Of a stretch of DNA of 59,946 nucleotides, positions 50,118 to 59,946 are shown in pieces. The stretch's first letter is position 1, and every line of letters starts with the position of its first letter. The position numbers and the translations under genes are program-made. This DNA comes from Clostridia bacterium. Its GTDB lineage: Bacteria > Bacillota > Clostridia > Lachnospirales > Lachnospiraceae. The notes below the pieces were generated by a model. It had not been told where the DNA came from, did no database searches, and worked only from the letters and a program-made list of their open reading frames with translations. The stretch is from assembly GCA_021201905.1 (NCBI GenBank), contig JAJQEA010000279.1, forward strand, positions 1 through 59,946. Reading direction: 5' to 3'.

Positions 50118-51473
50118 ATGTCACAAAAGAACGCATCAACCAGTACTTCAAAATTCCAGCTTGACGGCAGGCCCGGTATGAAGGAGGCAGTGCCTCTGGG
50201 ACTCCAGCATGTACTGGCCATGTTTGTAGGGAACATCGTTCCCATGATTTTGGTCGCGTCCGCAGCCAGCCTGTCTGTTCAGGACGCCAACATGCTGCTC
50301 CAGTGCTGTATGCTGGGCGCCGCAATCTCAACCGCAATCCAGCTCTATCCCATACGAATCGGCAGCATACAGATTGGCTCCGGCCTTCCCTGTATGATGG
50401 GACTTACATACGTGTTCCTGCCAGCCTGTCTGTCCATTGCCGGCAGCAAGGGAATCCCCTATATTTTCGGCGCCCAGATTGCGGCGGGTATCATTGCCGT
50501 CAGCTACGGAACACTCCTCAAGAAAATGTCATCCTTCTTCCCTCCCGTGGTGACGGGAACCATTGTCATGACCGTAGGTGTTTCCATCTTTAATCTTGCC
50601 ATCGGCAATATTGCGGGCGGCACATCATCACCGGATTTCGGATCCCCCATCAACTGGGCCGTCGGCGTTTTCGTGGTGCTGGTCGTACTGGGATTCAACG
50701 TGTTCGGCAAGGGCCTTCCCAAGGTTGCTGCTATTCTTATCGGTATGACGGCAGGCTACATTTTATCTGTTATTCTGGGACTGGTAAGCTTCTCAGGCAT
50801 CGGAGAAGCGGCCTGGTTTGCTGTTCCAAAGCCATTTGCGTTTGGCGTAAAATTTGATTTGGGATATATCCTGATGTTTGTGCTGCTTTATTTCATCGTA
50901 GCCGTACAGATGATAGGAGATTTCAACGTATCCTGCATGGGCGGACTGGACCGTGAACCCACCCCGGATGAAATCGGGGGCGGTGCCACCGCAAACGGAA
51001 TCACCTCCATTATTTCGGCTGTGCTCAACAGCTTCCCCACAGCCACCTACAGCCAGAACTCCGGCATCGTGGCGCTGACAAAAGTGTGCTCCCGTTTTGT
51101 TATTCTGGTTGGCTGCGGAATCCTGTTCCTGGCCGGCCTCTGTCCCAAGGTAGGCGCTGTGCTGTCCACCATTCCCAACTGTGTGATTGGCGGCGGTACT
51201 GTGGTTGTATTTGCAATGATTGCCACCTCCGACATAAAGCTCCTTGCCAAGGCCGGCTACTCCAACCGGAACTGCCTGATTATCGGCGTATCCCTGGCGT
51301 TTGGCCTGGGAACCCAGTTCTGCAAAGGCGCCAGCGCCCAGTTCCCCGCGGGAATCGCCGCAATACTGGAGGAGAACAGCGTTATACTGACATCCCTGCT
51401 CGCAATCATCCTTAATCTGGTGTTTCCAAAGGATCCGGTTCTGGTGGAGGAGCCGGCGGGTAAGGCGCAGTAA
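50118..51473 (+). CDS. NCS2 nucleobase:cation symporter (xanthine/uric acid type)
   Basis: GLQHVLAM and FPPVVTG; signature YSQNSGIVALTKVCSR (Q-N type). Confidence 0.92.
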   Translation: MSQKNASTSTSKFQLDGRPGMKEAVPLGLQHVLAMFVGNIVPMILVASAASLSVQDANMLLQCCMLGAAISTAIQLYPIRIGSIQIGSGLPCMMGLTYVFLPACLSIAGSKGIPYIFGAQIAAGIIAVSYGTLLKKMSSFFPPVVTGTIVMTVGVSIFNLAIGNIAGGTSSPDFGSPINWAVGVFVVLVVLGFNVFGKGLPKVAAILIGMTAGYILSVILGLVSFSGIGEAAWFAVPKPFAFGVKFDLGYILMFVLLYFIVAVQMIGDFNVSCMGGLDREPTPDEIGGGATANGITSIISAVLNSFPTATYSQNSGIVALTKVCSRFVILVGCGILFLAGLCPKVGAVLSTIPNCVIGGGTVVVFAMIATSDIKLLAKAGYSNRNCLIIGVSLAFGLGTQFCKGASAQFPAGIAAILEENSVILTSLLAIILNLVFPKDPVLVEEPAGKAQ

Positions 51474-51509
51474 GTGTTTGTACATAGAAAGCAGCACCGA
51501 AACTAATAC

Positions 51510-51565
51510 AATACCTCTTAAGCAGACAAGGCAAATAACCAAAATCTGCTTATAGAGGTATTTTT
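51510..51565 (+). terminator. Terminator after the NCS2 permease
   Basis: AATACCTCT-TAAGCAGA..TCTGCTTA-T-AGAGGTATTTTT. Confidence 0.7.
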
Positions 51566-51801
51566 ATAGTCAATATCCTTGCTGCGGCACATTGCGGATT
51601 GAACCATTTATTTCCCATAAACCACAAAAAACGAACCGCCAAAAAACAAACCACCAGAATATCCTATAGCTGAATATAAATGAATTAAGGTACAACGTAA
51701 CAAGGTCTGTAAAAAAACAGGAGCATCACCCCCGGCACAAAATCCAAATGATTTCATGCCGTTGTGTGACACTCCCTATCGCTGTCTATTCCAATATCTC
51801 C

Positions 51802-54339
51802 CTAACTCTCCATCACATCCTGATAAGCAGCATGGTTCTCCAGCGCCTCCGTCATGGCTGCCATCCGGGACAAATCACCTAACAGAATCACTCCGCTCAT
51901 CCGGTTGTTCAGGAAGTAGTATTTCCTGTACTGTTCCTTGCCCATATCCCTGAATTCCACTGTCTTATAATAGAGATTCGGGTTTCTTCCGTTGTCGCCC
52001 GCGGCAAACAGGACGGTATTCATACCGTGGAAGGTCAGGGCCGCAGGTACCGGCGTGTATTTCAGACTGTCACCGGCCGCGTTGGCGCCGGCTGTCCTGC
52101 CCTGCTCCACAGCCTCGGGCCAGATACCGTAATTCGTGTCATGGTACTCTGCACAGTCGCCACAGGCATAGATACCGGAGACGGAGGTCTCCATCAGCTC
52201 GTTGACAACCACTCCCTTCTTTGTCTCCAGCCCCATCTTCTTGGCCAGTTCTATGTTGGCGCGGACGCCTGCGGACACAATTACCATGCCGGCTTCCACC
52301 ACCTCCCCTGTTTTCAGGCGGACACCACTCACATGGCCTTCCCCTTCGATGGCTTCCACATCAACACCGGTGCGGATAGCCACGCCGGCTTTGGATGCAA
52401 TTGTCTTTAACTGCTCCCCGGAGCTCTCATCCAGCTGACGTCCCATCAGGGAAGGCGCCATTTCAAGCACCATCACCTCAAGGCCGGCCTTCTTAAGCTC
52501 CCACGCTGCCTCCAGTCCCAAAACGCCGCCTCCGATGACCACGGCCTTCCCCGTGCTCTTCATCAGAGTCTCCACCCTTCTGACATCAGAAAGCCGTCTG
52601 ATTGCAGCCACCTCCGGCAGCCTGCTTCCCTCGACAGGCGGAATAAAGCACTCGCTTCCCAGGGCGTAAATCAGCTTCGTGAAATGCAGCTTCGTTCCGT
52701 CGTCAAGAAGCGCCTCCCTGGCATCCATATCCACGCTCTCCACTCGTTTTCCAAGCATCTGGTGCACCTGGTTTTCCTCATACCATGGGGCATCCACCAT
52801 GGCTATCTGCTCCGGCTCCAGACCAGCAACCAGGGATTTGGTCAGCATGGGACGGTTGTAGGACGGATAGGGCTCCTCGGATACCATGATAATCCGCCCA
52901 GTGGCATCCCTCTCCCGGATGGCTTTTGCGGCATTGAATCCGGCCGCGCCGTTGCCGAGAATCAGGTATTCATTGGCCGTGTTGTTGGTGAAATCATTTA
53001 CCACATCGTCCACCGGTACAAAGTTTTCCCGGCCCACGCCGCAGACAGGGCAAATCTCGATGGAGGAATCAAAAATCTCCCCGCAGACCAGACATTTAAC
53101 CAGCTTCCTGCTTCCCTTTGCCGCCACCGCCCTGGGCTTCTTGGACTGCACCAGACATCCGAACTGGTATCCGAACTCATAGGCACTCACCAAATCCGCC
53201 TCCGACGGTTTGAACCGCACCCTGAACCCGTCTACCACCTTCATTTTCAACTGCTTCAAGCGCTCCGTGATATGAGGTACTCCCTCGCCGCTCCAGCCGT
53301 AGCTGCCGAACGCTCCCGCATATTTTCCGCCGTGGGTAACACTGAACATGCCCAGCGTCAAATCCCAGATAGGGCGCAGCGCCTCGGCAATTATGGTGGG
53401 CGTACCAAACAGCATTCCGTCCGCAAACTGTAACTCCTCCTGCACCTTCGCCGTATCGGCCGTCACCATATCGTAGCTGCGCACGTCAATATCGCCGCTG
53501 TCGGCAATTCCCTGCGCAATCTTCTCCGCCAGCAGTCCTGTATATCCGTAAGCGCTGACATAAGGGATGATAACAGTCTTTTTCCTGTTGGGATTCACCA
53601 CCGTGGACCATTCCCGGTAAAGGGCCATCACCCGCTTAATTCTGTCACCCACCAGCACCGGGCCGTGACCCGTGCACACCATGCTGATATCCAGGGATTC
53701 CACCCGGTCCAGGGCCTTCAGCATAAACGGTTTATACGGCCCGATAATACAGTCAAAATAGTAGCGCAGCGCCTTTAAGTAATCGTCCTCATTCTGAATC
53801 TTATCCGACACCACCTCTTCCAGGCAGTAGTGGGAGCCAAAGGAATCACAGGTCACCAGAATCTGCTCTTCCTCGATAAATGTGTACATGGTATCCGGCC
53901 AGTGCAGGTTGGAAACCAGCATAAAATGCAGCGTCCGCTTGCCAATGGTCATCCGCTGGTCGTCCTTCACCGCAATGCTGACAAAGTCCCTGTTCACGAT
54001 TTCCTTTAAGAAACTGATGGCACAGGGAGTGGCCAGTATCTTCATCTGGGGACTGTAGTCCAGCAGCCGCTCCACACTCCCCGCATGGTCCGGCTCCGTG
54101 TGGCTGGTCACCAGATAGTCAATCTTTGTGACATCAATCACTGCTTTCAATTTTTCCAGATATTCGTCAAAAAACCTGGCCTTCGCCATCTCAAACAACA
54201 CCACCTTGTTCCCGGTCCTCATCACATAGGAATTGTAGGTTGTGCCAAACTCCGTGTACATCACAATATCAAACACACGCAGCTTGTCGTCAATAATCCC
54301 CGTCCAGTAGAATCCGTCTCTCAATTTAATCGTTTCCAT
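51802..54339 (-). CDS. Class F flavodiiron protein (metallo-beta-lactamase + flavodoxin + rubredoxin + NAD(P)H:rubredoxin oxidoreductase fusion)
   Basis: GTTYNSY, HTEPDH, HWPD, D.FG.H and FGSYGWSGE; CLVC..CPVC; GNGAAG, GGGVLGLE and IYACGD. Confidence 0.9.
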   Translation of the reverse strand: METIKLRDGFYWTGIIDDKLRVFDIVMYTEFGTTYNSYVMRTGNKVVLFEMAKARFFDEYLEKLKAVIDVTKIDYLVTSHTEPDHAGSVERLLDYSPQMKILATPCAISFLKEIVNRDFVSIAVKDDQRMTIGKRTLHFMLVSNLHWPDTMYTFIEEEQILVTCDSFGSHYCLEEVVSDKIQNEDDYLKALRYYFDCIIGPYKPFMLKALDRVESLDISMVCTGHGPVLVGDRIKRVMALYREWSTVVNPNRKKTVIIPYVSAYGYTGLLAEKIAQGIADSGDIDVRSYDMVTADTAKVQEELQFADGMLFGTPTIIAEALRPIWDLTLGMFSVTHGGKYAGAFGSYGWSGEGVPHITERLKQLKMKVVDGFRVRFKPSEADLVSAYEFGYQFGCLVQSKKPRAVAAKGSRKLVKCLVCGEIFDSSIEICPVCGVGRENFVPVDDVVNDFTNNTANEYLILGNGAAGFNAAKAIRERDATGRIIMVSEEPYPSYNRPMLTKSLVAGLEPEQIAMVDAPWYEENQVHQMLGKRVESVDMDAREALLDDGTKLHFTKLIYALGSECFIPPVEGSRLPEVAAIRRLSDVRRVETLMKSTGKAVVIGGGVLGLEAAWELKKAGLEVMVLEMAPSLMGRQLDESSGEQLKTIASKAGVAIRTGVDVEAIEGEGHVSGVRLKTGEVVEAGMVIVSAGVRANIELAKKMGLETKKGVVVNELMETSVSGIYACGDCAEYHDTNYGIWPEAVEQGRTAGANAAGDSLKYTPVPAALTFHGMNTVLFAAGDNGRNPNLYYKTVEFRDMGKEQYRKYYFLNNRMSGVILLGDLSRMAAMTEALENHAAYQDVMES

Positions 54340-54496
54340 GGTCAGCACCTCTCCTTTACACACATGAATTACAGATACTATGTTATTCTATGATTCCACT
54401 TTAACGCAAATCCCGCCCTGTGTCTATTGCATTTGCCACATATTGGCAAACGGTTGTCAATCTTAGCCCTAAACATGTGGAATATCATTGGAAAAG

Positions 54497-54536
54497 AAAA
54501 CCTCCGGAAAAACCATAAACATGATTTTCCGGAGGC
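54497..54536 (-). terminator. Terminator after the IolE-like gene
   Basis: CCTCCGGAAAA..TTTTCCGGAGG followed by TTTTCTTTT on the minus strand. Confidence 0.7.
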
Positions 54537-54545
54537 CGGTTTTTA

Positions 54546-55460
54546 TTATATTACAAACTGCTCTATGTAACGTTTTGAAAGCTTTAGGCTGTCCAGAATC
54601 CTTTCACGGTCCGCCTCAAACGCCCGGTCCTCCACTTCCACGCATGTAAACCCGTCATAGCCAATATCAGTCAGCGCAGACACATAACGTCCCCAGTCCA
54701 CATCTCCCAGTCCCGGAAGCTTGGGTTCCATATATTCCAGAGGATATGCCATGATTCCCACATCCTTAAGCTTCTGGGGATAAACCTTGATATCCTTATA
54801 GTGTACATGAAATATCCTCTCTCTGAATTCATAGATAGGCTGGATATAATCCATCATCTGCCATACAAAATGGCTGGGATCGTAATTGATGCCAAAGTTT
54901 TTGCTGGGTATTATATCAAACATTTTTCGCCAAAGGGCGGGGGATGTAAATAGGTTATGCCCCCCTGGCCATTGTTCTCTTCCAAACAGCATCGGACAAT
55001 TTTCAATTGCGATTTTGACACCATGCTCCTCAGCATATCGAATAATAGGAGGCCATATCCGGCCAAATGCCTCAAGATTTTCTTCTACGCTCTTGGTCTG
55101 ATCCCTGCCCACAAAGGTTGTGACCATTCCAATTCCCAGCCTTTTTGAAAATGCAATTACCTTTTTAAGGTGTCGTATGGCAGCCTCCCGTTTCTGAAAA
55201 TCACCGTCCATGGTATTGGGATAATATGCCAGGGCACTGATCTCAACTCCTGTCTTTTTACAGGTCTCATGAATATGGTTCACATACTCATGGCTGTCAT
55301 TATCTACGTCAATATGGCTTACACCCGCATAGCGGCGTTCCGCTTTCCCTTGGGGCCAGCAAGCGACTTCCACGCACTCATACCCCAGTCCGGCAGCCGT
55401 ATCCATCATTTCCTCAAAAGTCCATCCATCCAGAATGGCACTTACAAACCCTAACTTCAT
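54546..55460 (-). CDS. Sugar phosphate isomerase/epimerase (IolE / xylose-isomerase-like TIM barrel)
   Basis: IAIENCPM, NYDPSH, HVHYKD, PGLGDVDW and VEVED motifs. Confidence 0.88.
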   Translation of the reverse strand: MKLGFVSAILDGWTFEEMMDTAAGLGYECVEVACWPQGKAERRYAGVSHIDVDNDSHEYVNHIHETCKKTGVEISALAYYPNTMDGDFQKREAAIRHLKKVIAFSKRLGIGMVTTFVGRDQTKSVEENLEAFGRIWPPIIRYAEEHGVKIAIENCPMLFGREQWPGGHNLFTSPALWRKMFDIIPSKNFGINYDPSHFVWQMMDYIQPIYEFRERIFHVHYKDIKVYPQKLKDVGIMAYPLEYMEPKLPGLGDVDWGRYVSALTDIGYDGFTCVEVEDRAFEADRERILDSLKLSKRYIEQFVI

Positions 55461-55470
55461 CTCATTCTCC

Positions 55471-56509
55471 TTAGCCTAATTTAATTGTTTTTCCTGTTTT
55501 GGCCGATTCTATACTTGCAAAAACTGTTTCCATAGCGCTGAGTACGCTTTTTCCACTGAGCTGTGCTTCCTTTCCGTAAACAATACAGTCCATAAAGGCG
55601 TCTATTACGCCTGATTTCGTCTGCTTGTCATTGGTCTGAATCTGATCTACATTGTACAGGATGACCTCATTGTCCGGCTTTATAATCTTGATGCAGTATT
55701 CCGGGTCTTCATAGATACGCATAATTCCCATGGACCCGTACAATATGGTGGAGTTGTCTTCCTGACCATAGTAGGTCCAGCTGGCTGTCATAGTTCCCAC
55801 TGCGCCTGATTCCATTTTATAGATGCAGATGGCATTGTCATCCACCCCGATCAAGTTTCCGCTCCCATCTTTTTTATCCAGGGTGGTAATCACAGCTGTA
55901 GTCTCTGTCACATGTTCTCCCATCAGGTACTGGATCAGATCTGTCTTATGGATTCCCAGATCCGCCATAGCTCCCATGGCAGCCTTTTTTTTGTCAAAAA
56001 AACCAGGTATTCCTGCCGGGATCAATGCTCCAGGTTTCCGGCCCTCCGTGTCCAAAGGTAGTCTTAAAGGTTATAACCTTTCCGATATCCCCACGCTCAA
56101 TCAGCTTCCTGGCAAGCGCATGGCCCTTGGCTAGTCTCTGATTCTGCCCAATCATAAGGCATTTCCCTGTTTCCTCAGCAGCTTTTGCCATCTGGCAGCA
56201 CTCCTCAAGGGTTACCGCCATTGGTTTTTCGCAAAGTACATCCTTGCCCGCCTTCAGTGCCGCAATGGATATCTTTGCGTGAAACTCATTGGGAACACAT
56301 ATGGAGACAGCGTCGATTTTTTCATCCTCCAGCAGTTCTTCATATGTCTCATAAACGCGGCCTCCGTATGTACCGGCGAGCTCTCCGGCCCTCTCCGGGT
56401 TCAAGTCATAAAACGCATAAAGCCTTGCGTCCCGGTGGTCTGCGTATTCCGGAATATGCCTTACCTGGGCAATCCTTCCACATCCAATGATTCCTATACT
56501 TTTCATCAC
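55471..56509 (-). pseudogene. Gfo/Idh/MocA oxidoreductase with +1 frameshift in an A7 run (55996-56002)
   Basis: GIIGCGRIA and CEKPMA; TWFF joins DKKKAAMGAMADLGIHKTD if one T is removed. Confidence 0.88.
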
Positions 56510-56517
56510 GAACCTCC

Positions 56518-57480
56518 CTAATTCTTTGCGAGCATATGGACCCTGATGGCGCTGATTCCCAGAGATATGATAATCAGGGCGCCGGAAGCAATCTCCTGAA
56601 GATAAGAGTTAACACCCAGTATATTCAGCACATTGGAGATAAGTCCCATAAGCAGTACGCCGAAAAATGTTCCTACAATATTTCCCTTTCCACCGTTAAT
56701 AGGCGCTCCGCCAATTACCACCGCGCCCATGGCCTGAAGCTCATATCCCGCTCCTGTGGAGGGCAGGGCCGAGCCCACCCTGGACAGCAGGAGGACAGCA
56801 GCCAGACCTACAAAAAAGCCATTCATGGCAAAGAATATAAGTTTATTCCTGGTCACCTTGATACCTGACAGGAATGCCGCTTTCTCATTAGAACCAATGG
56901 CAAAGATACGCCGTCCTATCTGTGTATACCGCAGTATAATTCCAACCACCACACACCCCATCAGGCTGATAATAAAAATCAGAGGAATTGCCCCAAACAG
57001 GCGGAACCGGTTCATTGTATCAAATTTTCCGTACACGGTCTGAATGACTCCCTTTGTCAGATAGAGGGCGGCTCCTGTATATACGCTGGTGGTTGCCAGC
57101 GAAATTATAAAGGAGGACGCCTTAAAAAGAATTGCAAGTACCCCGTTAAAAAACGTACAAAACATAGCTGTGAGGATACCTGCGGCCGCGGCTGCGGGAA
57201 TGGGGATCCCTGCGTTTATCATCATGGCCATGAGACAGGAGCTCAGTCCAATGACCGCCCCAACCGATATGTCAAAATTCCCTGATATAATCAGGATGGT
57301 AGCGCCCGCAGCCACCAGGCCCAGAACTGCAATCTGCTCAAAAATATTCATCACATTGTTAAGCATAAGAAACCTGGGATTCTTAAACGCCGTAAGCACG
57401 GATATCAGTAAAATAATCAACAGAAGTATGAGCCACTGCTGACTTAAAATTTTGTATTTCAGATTATTTCTGTCCTTCAT
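56518..57480 (-). CDS. Monosaccharide ABC transporter permease (RbsC-like)
   Basis: DISVG, GRRIFAIGSNEKAAFLSGI and YELQAM.AVVIGG..GG.G motifs. Confidence 0.92.
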   Translation of the reverse strand: MKDRNNLKYKILSQQWLILLLIILLISVLTAFKNPRFLMLNNVMNIFEQIAVLGLVAAGATILIISGNFDISVGAVIGLSSCLMAMMINAGIPIPAAAAAGILTAMFCTFFNGVLAILFKASSFIISLATTSVYTGAALYLTKGVIQTVYGKFDTMNRFRLFGAIPLIFIISLMGCVVVGIILRYTQIGRRIFAIGSNEKAAFLSGIKVTRNKLIFFAMNGFFVGLAAVLLLSRVGSALPSTGAGYELQAMGAVVIGGAPINGGKGNIVGTFFGVLLMGLISNVLNILGVNSYLQEIASGALIIISLGISAIRVHMLAKN

Positions 57481-57487
57481 CTGTCCT

Positions 57488-58970
57488 TCACTCCTTCACT
57501 CCAATATACTCTTTTATCAGCCCATCTTCTGTGACATCTGCCGAATCCAGGATACGCACCAGCCGCCCTTCCCTCATGACCCCAATCCGGTCACTCATGG
57601 AAATAAGCTCAGGCATGTTGGATGATACCATAATTACAATCTTCTGTTCCTTTGCCAGTTTTTCAATCAGCTTATAGATTTCCTCTCTGGCCCCCACATC
57701 CACGCCCTTGGTGGGCTCGTCAAAAATATATACATCTCCGTCCTCCAGAAGCCAGCGGGAAATAACCACCTTCTGCTGGTTGCCGCCGCTCAGGTTTCCT
57801 ACCTCCTGCTCCTGGCTGAATACCTTTATCTTAAGCTGCTGTATACTATTATCCACAATTCCTTTTTCCTTTCTCAGATTCAGAAAAAAAGGAATTGTCG
57901 TTCTTTGATATAGTAAGATTTTCCCTGGCCGAACGTATCAGGAAAAGACCTTCGCCCTTTCTGTCCTCCGATACAAGGAATACCCCCTTTTTTACAGCGG
58001 ATTTGGGATTTGTGGGAGTGATATCCTTTCCATCCAGGGTCAGGGTTCCTGAATCCCTTTTATCAGCCCCGTATATCATACGAACCAGCTCCGTCCTTCC
58101 CGCGCCCACCAGACCGCCCAGGCCAAATACTTCTCCCCTGGACACTGAAAAGCTCACATCCCGTACAATACGGTTGCCGGAATAATGCTCTGCCGTAAGA
58201 GCCCTGTCACCGGATGAAAAGCTGCCTTTCTGATAGAAGTTAGATGCATCCCTTCCCACCATGGCCTTAATCAGCTCATCCTGATTTGTTTCTTTCAGCA
58301 TAAGCTTTTTCACCATTGCACCATCCTTCAGGACATAGGCTATATCTCCCAGGCGGAACATCTCCTCTAAGTAATGGGATATATAGATGATGCCCAGTCC
58401 TTTTTTTCTTAGCTGCTCCACCAGGTTCATAAGAGATGCAGTCTCCTCCTCTCCCAGAGAAGCCGTTGGCTCATCCATAATCAGAATCCGTGCCTCCTGA
58501 TGCAGGGCTTTTGCAATCTGAAGATTCTGTTTCTGTCCCGGTGAAAGCTCCTCCACCAGCATGGAGGGCTTCATATCCATACTGAGGCTCTGAAGCAGCC
58601 GCCTTGTCCTCTCCTCCTGCTCCCTGCTGTTCACAAAAGCTCTGCCCCTCAGCCTTTCATTTCCCAAAAATATGTTGTCGGATACCATAAGGGAGCTTAC
58701 AAGGTCGGCATCCTGGTAAATGGTGACGATTCCCAGATGCATTGCCTGACCAGGAGTCATCCGTTCATATGTGGTTCCGAATATAGTGATTTTTCCTTTG
58801 TCCGGTTTTTCCGCGCCGGAAAGTATCTTGATCAAAGTGGATTTACCGGCCCCGTTTTCTCCTGCCAGACAAATAATCTGCCCCGCCTCCAGCTCCAGGC
58901 TCACATCCTTCAGTACCTGTATGCCGGAAAAGGATTTGCAGATTCCGTCTATGGATAAAATATTTCCCAA
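57488..58970 (-). pseudogene. Monosaccharide ABC ATPase (RbsA-like, two domains) with +1 frameshift in an A7 run (57884-57890)
   Basis: GENGAGKST, DEPT, GLVGAGRTE and EDRK; the second ORF has LSGGNQQK and DEPTKGVDVGA; junction SFF|LNLRKEKGIVDNS. Confidence 0.9.
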
Positions 58971-59030
58971 TTCCTTTCCCTCCCTTTATTTATAAATGGG
59001 GATTCATATGAACCCCCACTTAAATGTTTC

Positions 59031-59946
59031 CTATTGCATTAACTCCGGAAAATACTCTTTTGTCAAATCCCAGTAGCACTCATCCGCTTCCCATGGCACT
59101 ACCTTAGTCTTGTCATCAATGTTACTCTGGTCCACAGGCATAATAGGAAGTTCAACCTGCTGCTGAACTGTTGTGCTGGCTCCGGTTGCGTACTGATTCA
59201 ATACCTGGTAGGAAACAAGTCCCTCCCAGCCAGGAGATGATGAGATGGTATAATCCAGCTTGCCGTTCTTAATAAGGGGAAGGCCCGCGGGAGAACCGTT
59301 CTGTGAAACCACCTTATACTGGTCTGCCACTCCCTGAGAATCCAGCATCTGGATAATACCGGCTGCCATATCCTCATTCATAACAAAGATAACTGAAAAG
59401 TCTTTGCCGGAGGCAATCGCATCCTGTGCCACCGTAATAGCTTTGCTGGGATTATATTCCCCTTCCTGAATATCAATTATCTTATTTTTACCCAGTTCAT
59501 CCACCTTTGCCTGCATAGCTTCATTTATCCTCTGGCAGGGAACTGACTCAAAGTTGCCTGTGATCACAAAGATATTTTCACCCGGGCAGTTATCCGCAAA
59601 CCACTGTCCGTAATTGTTTCCCATCTCTGTCCAGTCAAAGTCAATAGCTGCAACAATGTCGTTCCCATTGTTATCCAGAGCTGTTCCCACACTGTCCGTT
59701 GACACCAGTGGTATACCTGCCTTTGCGCATTTTTCTGCTGCGATTTTAGCTCCGCTTTCATTGAAGGAAAAGATACACAACCCGTCAACGCCCTGGTTAA
59801 TCATGGAATCAATATTGAAGACTTCTTTGCTGACGTCGTAGTCTGAATTCAAAATAACTACCTTGTTTCCATCCTTCTCCGCCCCCATCTGAAATCCTTC
59901 CACATTGCGCTGATACCATGTGTCCGGCCCCGGCGTAATATAACCG
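59031..59946 (-). CDS. Monosaccharide ABC substrate-binding protein (RbsB-like), 5' end outside the window
   Basis: Frame open to the window end (GYITPGPDTWYQRNVEGF..); INQGVDG, AGIPLVSTD and NEDMAAG motifs. Confidence 0.88.
   Translation of the reverse strand, partial: GYITPGPDTWYQRNVEGFQMGAEKDGNKVVILNSDYDVSKEVFNIDSMINQGVDGLCIFSFNESGAKIAAEKCAKAGIPLVSTDSVGTALDNNGNDIVAAIDFDWTEMGNNYGQWFADNCPGENIFVITGNFESVPCQRINEAMQAKVDELGKNKIIDIQEGEYNPSKAITVAQDAIASGKDFSVIFVMNEDMAAGIIQMLDSQGVADQYKVVSQNGSPAGLPLIKNGKLDYTISSSPGWEGLVSYQVLNQYATGASTTVQQQVELPIMPVDQSNIDDKTKVVPWEADECYWDLTKEYFPELMQ

Noticed and set aside
8899-57890. Programmed frameshifting or phase variation at the homopolymer indels
   Set aside because: The runs are short (3-8 nt), scattered over unrelated gene types and of both signs, with no common stimulatory structure seen.
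96-59841. Numerous antisense or overlapping ORFs in the six-frame track (e.g. 96..617+, 9179..9895+, 23528..24319+, 50793..51542-)
   Set aside because: They are shadows of well-supported genes on the opposite strand or in other frames, with no recognisable motifs.

Overview
Gene-dense chromosomal segment from a spore-forming Lachnospiraceae-type Firmicute; gene style and content suggest Enterocloster bolteae/clostridioformis (inference). Most genes are on the minus strand. In order: a partial MATE exporter with a leader terminator, two GNAT acetyltransferases, a GH106-like hydrolase with a sugar ABC transporter, spoIID-spoIIQ, and M42 and M32 peptidases. Next come an AT-richer TetR / SatP-like / xanthine-oxidase-family (FeS-Mo-FAD) / EamA island with a strongly altered Mo active site and an IclR-linked 2-oxoacid:ferredoxin oxidoreductase plus ptb/buk module. 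These are followed by three LacI-controlled carbohydrate loci (enolase+RraA+ABC; GH32+ABC; TRAP+FucI-like+AEC), a CAP-domain protein and an NCS2 purine permease whose leader has a duplicated covarying RNA hairpin. The window ends with a class-F flavodiiron protein and a partial ABC/Gfo-Idh-MocA/IolE-like operon. There are eight single-base indels in homopolymers, two in-frame stops and several G:C>A:T changes at conserved residues, consistent with a mismatch-repair-deficient mutator or with sequencing error. No rRNA, tRNA, CRISPR array or transposase was seen.
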